A stretch of DNA of 63,637 bases, counting the filler, from Chrysochromulina tobinii (Eukaryota), in NCBI GenBank assembly GCA_001275005.1. It is 10 parts of 10 records of this genome, joined end to end, with 100 filler letters (N's around TTAATTAATTAA, not from the genome) between each part and the next. Parts side by side here need not be neighbours in the genome. Positions count along the whole stretch, not along the records: positions 7,699 to 15,487 come from JWZX01000092.1; positions 15,588 to 20,123 come from JWZX01000093.1; positions 20,224 to 24,840 come from JWZX01000094.1; 7 more parts are not named here. One strand, given 5' to 3'. The first letter of the stretch is position 1. Each line of letters starts with the position of its first letter. Positions 10,601 through 21,841 of the stretch are shown here, piece after piece. Under the pieces are notes generated by a model. The model had not been told where the DNA came from. It ran no database searches and saw only the letters and a program-made list of their open reading frames with translations. The position numbers and the translations under genes are program-made.

Positions 10601-13600
10601 ACAGCCGGCAATGGTACCTTCACCACGGGCTAGTGAAGGCGCTGGAAGGAACGAAGGAGGCGCGGCAGATCATTGACGAGCCGATTGAGGCTGCCCTCCG
10701 CGACGGCGCGGTGCGCCTCATCGACGTTGACTGGCTGCTCGATTCCGATCGCTCAAATAAGAATTTGCCGCGCGTCACCAAGGTGGTGGCACGCCTCTCT
10801 TCCAACGAGCCGAGGAGCGTGCTGATTCGGCGGTTGGCGACGCACTGCGGGACCTCGTCCATCTGCATCACGGTGGAGGCGGCCTTGGCTGCCTCGCTGC
10901 CCCGCTCGCCGCCTCCCTCTCCTCCGGAGGTGCCGCCAGCCCAGTTCGAGAGGCGACCTTCCGCTGGGCGCATGGTTTCGCGCCTCAGACAGGAGCGTGC
11001 ACCGCGGAGGAGTCGCGCCCATATGGCACCCCATGCCGAAACAGGCGTTTCGCCGAGCTCCCATCCGAAAACAGTTATCGTCACCTTCCACCTCAGCACG
11101 TTTGATGAGGCCGCCACGCTCACCGCAACGGACCTGCGCCGCAAGGCCGAGGCGGTTCACGACAGGCTGGCTCAGCTCCCTGGGCTCGAGAGAGTCGACA
11201 TCCTCGAGGGAGCCTTCTTTCTGCCACGCTGCCAGGACATGCCGCCGGACGCCTTCCTGCCGCCTCAGCGCGCCGCGGCCCTCTATGCGAAGCAGCGCCG
11301 CGGCGTTAAGGTCGTCAGCTACGGCTGGCGCAGCCCTGGCGTGCCTGACCCCGACGGCTGCGCGCTCGCAAAGATCCGCGCGGCTCTTAAGAGCAAGCAG
11401 CCGCCGGAAAAAGCCAGTGCGGTTCAGCTGAAGAGCTTGCAAGAAGAGCAAGAAGAGCAAGGTCTCTTCGTGGATATCGCGTGCATGCCGCAGACTTTTT
11501 CATCGCCGTCGTGGTATGCCCCGGGGGCGGTCCCGCTGCGCTTTGGCGCCAAGGTGAGCCAAGGCCCGCTCACCGTGCTCAAGTTTGAGTGGGAGTGCGC
11601 CGCCACGGAGCGCATCGCCACGGAGGACGAGGCGCAGGTTTGCGTCGACAAGGTCGTCATCTTATGCGAGGAGAACAAGTGGGCGCTGGCACCGATTGCG
11701 GACTTTAAGAGCCTCGGCTTGGCTGAGGAGGCGGCGTCAACGGCAGGGGCGCAGGGGGTGGCCGCAGCTGCGGCGGTGGTGGCGAAGGAGGCGCAGATGG
11801 AGGCGGTGGAGATGGAGGTGGACTCGGTGGCGGCGGTGATGGCGGCGGTGATGGCGGCGGCGGCAAAGGTGGCGGCGATGGTTTTGCCTGTGGCGGCGAA
11901 GGTGGCGGTGGTGAGGGCGGCGGCGAAGGATGCGCCGGTCAGGGCGGAGGAGAATGAGGAGGTGGCGAGGGAGGCGGCGAGGGTGGCGGATGTGCTCTTC
12001 CATGGGCGTTACGTCAGGGGCGCGTACCGCTTCGACGAGGGAGAACACCGCATCGACAACGGGCGTTACATCTCCGAAGGCTACCTGCGCTTCCGCACGA
12101 AGGACGACGCGAACGCTGCACGGCACCATCCCGATCTCAGGCGCATGTGCGCTGGCGAGGAGCAAAAGAAGACGAAGCTTTTTCGAATGTTCGCCAAAGC
12201 CAAAGCCAAAGCCAAGGAGCTTTTCCAAATGTGCGGCAACGCCAAAGCCAAAGCCAAAACCAAGTCTGACTTAAAAGAGCCGACGCTCATGGGCGAGCAC
12301 GTCTTCGAGAATGAGCTCAAGTTCAAGCGCGGCCTCTCCGTCATGGGCAGCCTCTACGCGTCCGCCACAGGCACCTGTGTGCTGCAGCTCACGGACCCGC
12401 CTGGCGAGCTCGGTAGTGACATCGATGCGCCGAGCGAGCTCGTCTCTGAGCGTACGGGGACCGTCTTCGTCATGCGCACCAACACGTCGCTCGAGGAGCT
12501 GCGGAAGGAGCTGGGCGACCGCGTGCTGGCCTGCGAGAAGAGGGGGGGGGTGAGGCAGTGGTGCGTGTCGATGGCGAGACGGCGGCACGCGCCGCGCGCT
12601 CGCTGAACGAGCCCGCCTACCCGCTTCGTCGCAAGGATCGCAAGGTGTACCCAATGTACAACTTGCGGCCGTACGGCTCGCGCGGGTGGCCGACCTTTGA
12701 GACGTCCGCCGCCTCGATTGTGCTCGCGCACCTCAGGCAGCTCAAGGAGCGGAAAAAGGGGGGAGGCGAGGAGCTTTCGGACGAGCTTAAGCAGGCGGAG
12801 GCAAGCAGTCTGAAGCTCATCAACATCGACCTGATCGACGCCCCACGTGAGGTGGTGGTCGCGCAGTCGCCGGAGCAACTCCTCTGCCAGTGCAAGAAGA
12901 AGCTGCGCTCGAAGCAAATCTTCTTCACCGGGAAAGCCGACCAGAAGCAGGTCGTACAGCTGCTCTCCGACTTCGAGGACTCGATCGCGGTCCAGTTCGA
13001 TCAGAAGCGCGCCGAGCACCTGAACCTCAGGACGGAGGTCCTCGAGCACGCGCTCGCAGTGGATATGCGTGAGGCGCGCAGGATGCGAGTCCGCAAGCTG
13101 CTGCAGCGGCCAACCTTGCACGTGGAGCCGACTTTGATTCGTCTCGTCTCGTCCTTCGTCTCGTCCATGGTCTCGTCCTCAGTGATGACGTGGACGAGGC
13201 GTTGCTTCAAGCCGGCATTGATTCACATGAAGCCACGTCGACTTAAACCACATGTTCAAGTCGACGAATCAAAGTTGATTCCCTCACCTGATCAAACGTT
13301 GCCCGCGTCACACCAGCAGGCGAATCTGCGCGAGGTCACCAAGGATCAGTTGTTTGCGTCCTCCGACAAGCTCACGCGCGAATACCCCACGTCAGTGCGC
13401 GATCCCACCAACAATCGGCGATCACACAAGGATCTAATCAACGAGAGGGTCTCCATCGAGGACCCCGGCCGCACGCGCGCGCGCACGCTCGGCACAATGC
13501 CGGGCAATGAACCGTCCGCGCCCATCCAAGAGGGCACTGAGATGTCGAGCATCGTAGGGTGGGGCGAGGGCTCATCCCAGAGGGCAAAGGAAAGGAGCAC

Positions 13601-14687
13601 TGAGATGTCGAGCGTGGCGGGAGGTACGATGCACGTGGTCAAACGCTTGAGCTGGAAAGAGCTGACTCTGAAAGAGAGTCTCGGGGCGGGCAGCTTCGGC
13701 GAGGTGCGTGTGGCCGTGTGGAACTCGACCCCATGCGCCATCAAGAGCCTACGGGCGGCGACCACGCCGGCGGCCCTGCAAGAGCTCCTGAATGAGTTCG
13801 ATCGCGCGATTCTCCTGCACCACCCGAATGTGATACTCACCATGGGCATCGCACACGACGACGACGGCGGGAAGACGGGCATTCTGATGGAGCTCATGCC
13901 CGCCTCGCTGCTCGATGTGCTGCACCACCACCGGCAGCGCGAGCAGCTCGCCACGTGGGAGGCATCCCTGGTCCTCATTGCCCTCGATGTGGCCAAGGGC
14001 ATGGCGTTCCTGCATGCGATGGACGTGGTCCATCGCGACCTGAAGCCTGGCAACGTGTTACTCATGGAGCACTGGGTTGCCAAGGTGGCTGACTTTGGCA
14101 CCGCACTCACCAAGTACGCCGGGCAGGCGGAGGGGGCCGCGGGCACGCCGCCTTACATGGCTCCCGAGGCCATTGCGCTCACCTCGGGCGCAAAAGCCAA
14201 GCCCACGGACGTGTGGAGCTTTGGATGCATGCTCGCACACATGGGGACGCGCTCCATACCGTACAGCCATGTGAGACTGCCCGCCGGAACGCCTCCGGAG
14301 GAAGACTTGCGCGCGCTCATGGCGATTATTGTCAATGGGCAAGCGACCCCGCTCGACCAGCTGCGCAAAGTGGCCGGCTGCCCACCTGGCATCCTCGCGC
14401 TTACCACCCGGTGCCTTCAGACCAATCCTGTTCAACGGCCTGCGTTCCCTTCTATCGTGGACGAGCTCGAGCACATACAGGGCGAGTTGCGCGCTTCGAG
14501 CCCCTTGACCAAGCTGCTTCGAGCTGATGTTCTGAGACAGTCGGGCGCATCTGCGGAGCCAACCTATGCTCCCGAATCCAATTGGGTGACCTTGTTGGCA
14601 ACGTTCTTTTTCGCCTCCCTGGCCGAAGGCACCAGGAAGCCGCCACTCGGGGATGGCCAAGTGGAAGACGGACGCTTATATGCATAG
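7699..14687 (+). CDS. Giant LRR / multi-pass membrane / two HET-like domains / TKL-type protein kinase (5'-partial; frameshift at G9 run 12542-12550)
   Basis: LRR LQHLDLSGNALTGSLP and multiple TM helices. HET-like motifs ALSYRW..FWDFASLPQ..MGYFYAS..GWCTFEQ and VSYGW..FVDIACMPQ..MGSLYAS..RGWPTFE. Kinase motifs GAGSFG, AIK, HRDLKPGN, DFG, APE, DVWSFG. The second HET domain spans both predicted ORFs, so they are one gene. Confidence 0.85.
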
Positions 14688-14863
14688 CGCATCATAGCGG
14701 AGTGTGAGTCAGTGACCAGAAGCCCTGATTCTGGTTTCTGGACTCTGAGGCGTGCATGATTAAGTAAGACATGAAGTATCATACGACTTTAAGTAAGTGG
14801 CGCGTTGCATGTACGAGACCGCGTTGCAGTGGGCGGCGCAGACGTCGGGCCCCTTGGCCCCGC

Positions 14864-15135
14864 ATCGAGGCGCTGCTCGAGCACGGCGCGGCGCTGGACC
14901 CGACCGCCAACGGCACTCACTCCGCCATGATGGTCGCCGTTGAGAATGGCAACCTGCCGCCCGCTGCCGACCTGCTCCTGCGTGCCCGCCTGCCGTGCCT
15001 AAGGCTAAGCCGTGCCGCGGAGCTGACCCCGAGGCAAAGGATGCCCAAGGTTACACCGCCTTGAATCATCGCGAGTGCTGCAGGCAAGGAGGCGCTGGCG
15101 ACGCGGCTGCTCGAGGCGGGCGCCGTGGTGAGCAC
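14864..15135 (+). pseudogene. Degenerate ankyrin-repeat fragment
   Basis: IEALLEHGAALD..SAMMVAVENGN, GADPEAKDAQGYTAL and RLLEAGA occur in shifting frames. Confidence 0.6.
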
Positions 15136-15276
15136 GTCGAGGGCCTCCTCCGCGGGCCCCTCCGGGGAATTGGCTGTGAATTTACACGAAGCAGCCACTG
15201 CTCAGGAGGGCCGCGCGCGCACGCGCGCCCGGACGGACGAAGAAGCTCGACCGCAAATCTCGCAAACTTGCACGCA

Positions 15277-15487
15277 TCCGTTAACGAAACAAACCAACAC
15301 GGCGCCAGATCGTGCGGCGCGCGCAACAGCGCCGCCGACGAGTGGGGCAAGCGGGCCCGTTGCAGCGGTCCTGGCCGGAGCGCGCAGAAGGAACAGGGTG
15401 TAGCCACATACGACGAGACCAGCCACAGGACGGGACCGCGCAAACAAAAGATACCGCACATCGCCGACGCGAGAACTGCGACAGGCA
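15277..15487 (+). mobile_element. Helitron-like element, internally deleted 5' part (cut by spacer)
   Basis: Starts A|TCCGTTAACGAAAC and aligns with 45861-45957 and 46320-46500. Confidence 0.7.
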
Positions 15488-15741
15488 NNNNNNNNNNNNN
15501 NNNNNNNNNNNNNNNNNNNNNNNNNNNNNNNTTAATTAATTAANNNNNNNNNNNNNNNNNNNNNNNNNNNNNNNNNNNNNNNNNNNNCTTCTACAGACTC
15601 CCTCTTCTCTCCTTCTCCTTCCTTTCCCTTCTCCTTTTTTTCTTTTATTTCTCCAACCGTTAGTAAAACACCGCCCACATTCCCGTTTTCCCCGCAGGGG
15701 AGTCTGCCCCCACCGGAGCTTCTCCGCGCCGGAATCCTCTC

Positions 15742-16850
15742 GATTTACACTGATGGCTCAGGAGAGGCAGATGGTGGGTGGGGGGTTGTTGTCGTGCACG
15801 GAGGTCGTGGGACCCAGACTGATACTACGGCCCGCCACCATGCTACTTTCTACGGACCGATTACGCTCCAGACGACGGCCCCACCTTTCTTGGGCGCCGA
15901 GCGCGGTACCAACAACGTGGCTGAACTCACGGCCTTTGCGGAAGCCCTCGTGTACCTACGGGACATCGAGGGATCCACCGCGCCCGCCATCATTCGCCCA
16001 GACTCCACGTATGCCCGCGACGTGGCCCTTGGTACCGTCACCGTCTCTGCTAATTGTACCCTTGCCCGCCAAGTGCGGCAACTATGGATTCACGAGGAGG
16101 CTCGCCGCAGTGGCCAACTATGGGCTCTACACGTTAAAGCCCACTCCTCTAATAAATGGAACTCAGCGGCGGATCGTGCAGCGGCCCGCGGTGCTCGCGG
16201 CGAGGCCAATTGGGCGAGGCCCAAGGCGTAGGGGCAAGGTGGGCAGACTGGCCACCGCTCCCACCCCGCAATCTCCGCGCCCATGAGGTGAGTGAATCTG
16301 AGCGTGTTATCCGTGCAACACATGCCTTTGGTGTGCTTGCCATCCCTGTCCCTGTTGGCGTTCACCTGACGTCGCCAGACCAGATTGAGGCGTGCACACG
16401 AGCCATGTTCCTAGTCTTCAGCCTCCGAGCTTACCAGGATAGCCGCCGCGCTCTGACAGGCGAGTTTACTCGTCGGATGCCCACACTGGTGGCCTTTGTC
16501 CGCGCTTGGCTTGCACTCCACAAGCCCGTTAACGAGCACAAGTTTGCACTCACGGCCAAGTCCTTTTTCCTTCAGGAGGCGGAAGGCCTCTCGCGCGCCG
16601 CGAAGCTTGCCTGGTCACGTCTGCGGGGCGCTGGGGAAATCACGAGCTTACAACATGATGGTGTCGTCATGGTACTCTCCCAAGGCGTGACACCTACGGA
16701 TGCATGTGCTGCCTTGACGGAGGTGTGCACCGCGGTGCTTGGCTATGCGCAGCCCGTTGAGGAGAAACGGTCTCCCAGGTTCGGTCGCGCTAGGCGACCA
16801 ACTCCGCCGGTCTCGACTAAAGTGAGCGTCCTCCCAAAGGCATCCCTTTA
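15742..16850 (+). pseudogene. Decayed mobile-element ORF: RNase HI domain fused (after a frameshift) to a family-A/TVpol-like polymerase palm fragment
   Basis: RNase H motifs IYTDGS, TNNVAELTA, IRPDSTYA, HVKAHS..NSAADRAA. Downstream SFFLQEAE...ITSLQHDGVVM...VEEK. Confidence 0.65.
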
Positions 16851-17639
16851 ATGGGTGGCGCCCCTCCCTGAATCTCTACTAAGATACCTATTTCTTTTTC
16901 TCTAGCCTTTGTTCCGGTCATTTTGCTTGTTCGAAACCTAAACATATCCGCCGCCTCGTTCTCTAATTGGGAGCCCAGGACGGCGGTCGCGCTAGGCGAC
17001 CAACTCCGCCGGTACTCGAAACCCCCAACTAGTGCCCGTGTGTATAAGCTCGACTCGAAGCTATTTGGGGTTCCCGCCGCGTTCACTAATTCTCCGTGGC
17101 CCGCGTCACCCCCGCTCGACCCTCCGGTGTTGCATGGGGTGTTGAGGGAAGCCAGTGCCCCCTCTGGCAGAGCTCTGGTTCTCCGAGACGATAGTCGCGG
17201 CGCGCGCGCCGTGACAGACACCAAGGCACTGGCAGAGCCATTGTACAGGAGGACGCAACTAATTCGAGCCGCTCCAAAGCTAGGGACCATACATACTTGG
17301 TGACTCCCCCGAGTTCGAGCTAAAACAAACGCGGAAAAACCTTTTCACCAGCTGTGAACAACACCTCTCCACAGCCGATCAGCGACTTGGCCTCCATGCC
17401 CAGAGTCACAAGTAGCCCAGAGTCGGCCCGGCGCTCGCGCTCGGCGTGGGAGCCCCCATTCACAAAGAGAAAAGAGGGGCTGCGTCCTCCGTCTCCTTGT
17501 GTTATTGAAGTCACGCAGACAAGACAAAGCAGGTAAATTCTTACATTGTACCTCCTCCATCGACTCCCGTCCTCCCCTGCTGGCTTCCAGGGAGCACATT
17601 CGATAGGCTTCCGTATGGTTGTCCTGTTGTTTCTGTATA

Positions 17640-17718
17640 GACTTGACTTGACTTGACGCACTAGACACACATTCACATTCACACCTTTCATTCACACACA
17701 CACACACACATTCACACC
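17640..17718. repeat. Compound microsatellite (GACTT)n, (CACATT)n, (CA)n
   Basis: Directly visible. Confidence 0.85.
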
Positions 17719-18118
17719 ATGGCGGGTACCGCGCGGGGGCGGCTTAGAATAAGCTTAAAAGGGCGACATGCCCATGAAGAGCTTGAAGCTCATGGCGGGA
17801 GCGGCGAGGAGTATTTTTTTGCGTCCGCGAGAACAACGGTTGCCGAGATAGCCGCGCGATGGATGTGCAAGGAAGGTTCGGGCCTTGTGTGGGCCGCCTG
17901 ACAGACGTTCACATGCCACGCCACAAGAGTGCAACGAGTCAAGTCCTGGCACACTGTAGACCACGAGAGCGAAGACAAAGCTAGATCTACGTTGGTGGCG
18001 AGACGCGAGGCGCGCATACCCAAGGTTTTCCCCACAGCCCTCTTCAGGCTGGAAATCCTGAGGCGAAGGTCGACGGCACGGACTCCCTCGACTCCTGCCC
18101 TCGATCAGGACTCGTCCC

Positions 18119-20123
18119 ATGGAGCCGCACGGCGACGTCGATGCGCAGCGGCTGGGTGACGCGCACGCACCAGTGAGTGTTGTTGTCAAGGGTGTGACAC
18201 TTTGCGCGCCGTCGCGTGCCGTTCGTGGGATGCGCGTCGGCGGCACGTCTTCAGCCGGGACGCAAGGACGAGCGAGTGGGAGTATGCGAGGACTCTCAGA
18301 GCTACAGTATGAAGGAGGTGCTCCTTGGAGAGTTTGGTTGACGTTTCTCCTCAGCTTCAACATGATGGCAGGCGTTGAATGCCAGATGCCGCCACCGCCG
18401 TCGCTGCCACCCTCTTCGTCTCCTCTCTCTCCTCCGCCGCCTCAAAGAAAACTTGCTCCGCTTTCCCCACCGCGTAGCCCACGGGCATCTTCGGCGTCGT
18501 GCGCCCGCTGCGGGAATAATGGTGCGTGTGGAAAAGGCCAATCTCCTGAGGCTTGCTGCTATGGAGGCAACATGTTCGAAGGACTTTGCTTGGAGCTCCG
18601 CAATCTCGCAGCGAACTGCTCGCACCCGGACGTGAAAATTGTTTATTGTCGGCCGCCGCCCTCGCTGCCGCCAGCTTTGCCGCCGCCGCCGGCTTTGCCG
18701 CCGCCGCCAGCTTTGCCGCCGTCCCCGGCGTCGCCGCCTGCTTTGCCGCTGCCGCCGTTCTCGCCGCCGCCGCCTGTTGGTGCGAAGAACAACATGAGCA
18801 CAATCGAGTCCCCCGAATGGGCCGTCCAGACGGGGGGTACCGGCCTGGTCCTTGGCTCCGGCATCGCGCACGATGGCGCGGGCGGTGCTCTCGTGACGGG
18901 CTACTTCAGCGGCCAGGCGTCGTTCGGCTCGACGTCCCTCACGAGCCGCGGCACTGAAGACGCTTTCGTGATGCACGTGACGGCGTCGGGCGCCATCGAC
19001 TGGGCCGTCCAGGCAGGCGGCGCAAGCTACATCTACGGGTCCCAAGACCAAGGCTTAGGCATCTCGTACGATGGCGCGGGCGGTGCTCTCGTGACGGGCT
19101 TCTTCAGCGGCAACGCATCGTTCGGCTTGACGTTCCTCACGAGCCGCGGCAGTACCGACGCTTTCGTGATGCACGTGATTGCGTCGGGCGCCGTCGACTG
19201 GGCCGTCCAGGCGGGCGGCGCGTCCCAAGACCAAGGCTACAAAATCGCGCACGATGGCGCGGGAGGTGCTTTCGTGACGGGCTACTTCAGCGGCAAAGTA
19301 TCGTTTGGCTCGACGTCGCTCACCAGCCGAGGCAGTACCGATGCTTATGTGATGCACATGACGGCGTCGGGCGCCATCGACTGGGCCGTCCAGACGGGCG
19401 GTGCAAGCTACACCTATGGCATCGCGCACGATGGCGCGGGCGGTGCTCTCGTGTCGGGCCACTTCAGCGGCAACGCATCGTTCGGCTCGACATCGCTCAT
19501 CAGCCGAGGCAGTACCAACGCTTTCGTGATGCACGTGACGGCGTCGGGGGCCATCGACTGGGCCGTCCAGGCGGGCGGCGAGTCTGTTACCGATAGCAAC
19601 GGCATCGCGTACGATGATGGCGCGGGAGGTGCTCTGGTGACGGGCTACTTCATGGGCAAGGCTTCGTTCGGCTCGACGTCGCTCATCAGCCGAGGCAGTA
19701 CCGACGCTTTCGTGATGTACGTGACGGCGTCGGGGGCCATCGACTGGGCCGTCCAGATTGGCGGCAGCTCTGGCGGCAGCTCTGCCCGCGCCCTCGCGCA
19801 CGACGGCGCGGGGAATGCTCTCGTTACGGGCTACTTCAGCGGCAATGCATCATTTGGCTCTACGACACTCACAAGCCTTGGGAATGCTGCAACCTGCTTT
19901 GTTGCTTCGCTCATGCCGCCTCCAGATCGACCACCGCTGCCTCCGCGCCCGCCGCCAGCGCCAGCGCCATTGCACCCACCACCACCAGGCTCCCCACCAA
20001 AATCATCTTTGACGCCAGATCCGCGTGACATGATAGCTCTCATCAAGCAGCCTGAAGTTGTGGGGCCCGCCATCGCAACCAGTCTTGCACTTCTGGTGCT
20101 GGTGTTGGTTTGCGTCTATCGCC
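18119..20123 (+). CDS. Single-pass cell-surface protein with Pro-rich stalks and six SBBP-like beta-propeller repeats (3'-partial)
   Basis: Six ~60-aa repeats GIAHDGAGGALVTGYFSG.ASFGSTSL.SRG..DAFVMHVTASGAIDWAVQ; hydrophobic leader and C-terminal TM AIATSLALLVLVLVCVYR. Start codon uncertain. Confidence 0.8.
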
Positions 20124-20223
20124 NNNNNNNNNNNNNNNNNNNNNNNNNNNNNNNNNNNNNNNNNNNNTTAATTAATTAANNNNNNNNNNNNNNNNNNNNN
20201 NNNNNNNNNNNNNNNNNNNNNNN

Positions 20224-21131
20224 ACGGCGGGAGCGAGGGCATGGCGCCTCGCATCGAGCGCGTGCGCTCGAGCATCCGGTCGGCGGCCTTTTCGAGCGAG
20301 GCCGACCGTGCGACGGTCGTGGAGCTGTTCGATGACTACATCACCTTGATTGGCAACGCGATGGCGGGCTCGGGCGAGGGGGTGGCCGGCGAGTACGTCG
20401 GCGAGAGGAATGCGGCCGGGCAGTGCGAGGGGCGCGGCAAGAAGGTGTACGCTGACGGCGCCGTCTACGAGGGCGAGTGGAAGGCTGACAAGAGGGAGGG
20501 GCGCGGCATCTCCCGGTATGCCGACGGCGGCGTCTACGAGGGCGAGTGGAAGGCGAACAAGAAGGAGGGGCGCGGCATCTCTCGGTATGCCAGCGGCAAC
20601 GTCTACGAGGGCGAGTTCAAGGCTGACAAGAAGGAGGGGCGCGGCAAGATGGAGGGGCGCGGCAAGATGGTGTACGCTGACGGCAACGTCTACGAGGGCG
20701 AGTGGAAGGCTGACAAGATGGAGGGGCGCGGCATCTACCGGTATGCCAACGGCAACGTCTACGAGGGCGAGTACAAGGCTGGCAAGATGGAGGGGCAAGG
20801 GACGTACCGGTATGCCAGCGGCGCCGTCTACGAGGGCGAGTACAAGGCTGACAAGATGGAGGGGCAAGGGACGTTCCTGTTTGCCGACGGCCGCATCGAG
20901 GTGGGGTTCTTCAAGGCAGGCACAGCTGTGGGCGAGGGCGTAAGGTGGACGGCCGATGGGCGGAGCGCATGGCAGCTGCAGGACGGCAAGGTGGTGAAGA
21001 CGATCTCGCTCGAGGAGGCCGAGCGCCGTGTCGAGCGCCTCGGGCTGCCGATGCCCGTCCGCCGGGAGGGCAAGTGGGCGGCCGGCCAGCGGGGGCTGAC
21101 CGCAGGGTGGTTCGGGCTCCTGTCTGCATGA
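20224..21131 (+). CDS. MORN-repeat protein preceded by a HET-like C-terminal tail (5'-partial)
   Basis: 23-aa repeats YEGEWKADKxEGRGxxxYA; N-terminal AAFSSEADRATVVELF segment. Confidence 0.85.
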
Positions 21132-21246
21132 CTTAGTGAATGCCACTGTATTAGCGCTCTCCTCTCCTCACGACCGGTTGACTTTTGTCCTCGTAAGCTT
21201 ACTAGTCCGCTCATTGTCTACCATGTGACGTTCGTCGCGTCCCGGC

Positions 21247-21575
21247 GAATACGCAGCGTCGGGTGCGTATACGCAGGTACGAGGTAGGCACTATGTAGAA
21301 ACACCATAGGGTAATTACCTGAGTGTTGAAACCCTCCCTCAAGGTCAAAATCTCGCGCCGCGTAGGTGCGTTTACGCACCCCACGCCGCGTATACGCATA
21401 TGCTGAATATAAACGCGGCGGTGGGTTCGTTTACGCGGGTGGGTACCTATACGCAGCCCAGCCCCAGGTGCGCCGTATTGCGTACGGTATACGGCGTACC
21501 GGCAGGTAGGTGCGTTTACGCAGGCAGGGGTGCGTATACGCAGCGGGTATATAACGAATACGCAAGCTAGGGCTG
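21247..21575. repeat. Array of GCGTATACGC/GCGTTTACGC motifs, probable MITE remnant
   Basis: Repeated palindromic TACGC motifs in non-coding DNA. Confidence 0.55.
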
Positions 21576-21841
21576 TGCGGGTGAGTGCGTGTGTCGCGCA
21601 AACGCCCTCCACGGACGAGGCAGCTGATGGAGCTGATCAGCTGAATACGTAACCAACGCTTGCGAGGCTGTGGCTGAGGGGCCCGGCCGAGGCGGCGGAG
21701 CGCCCGCGATTCAACACGAGTCACAGTGAATGTGAATGGGAATGTGAATGGGAATGTGAATGTGGCGGAGCCCGCGCTTCAACCCGAGCTGAACCCGAGT
21801 CACAGTACTTCAGAGGGTGCCCGACGTGGCACTATCGCGTC

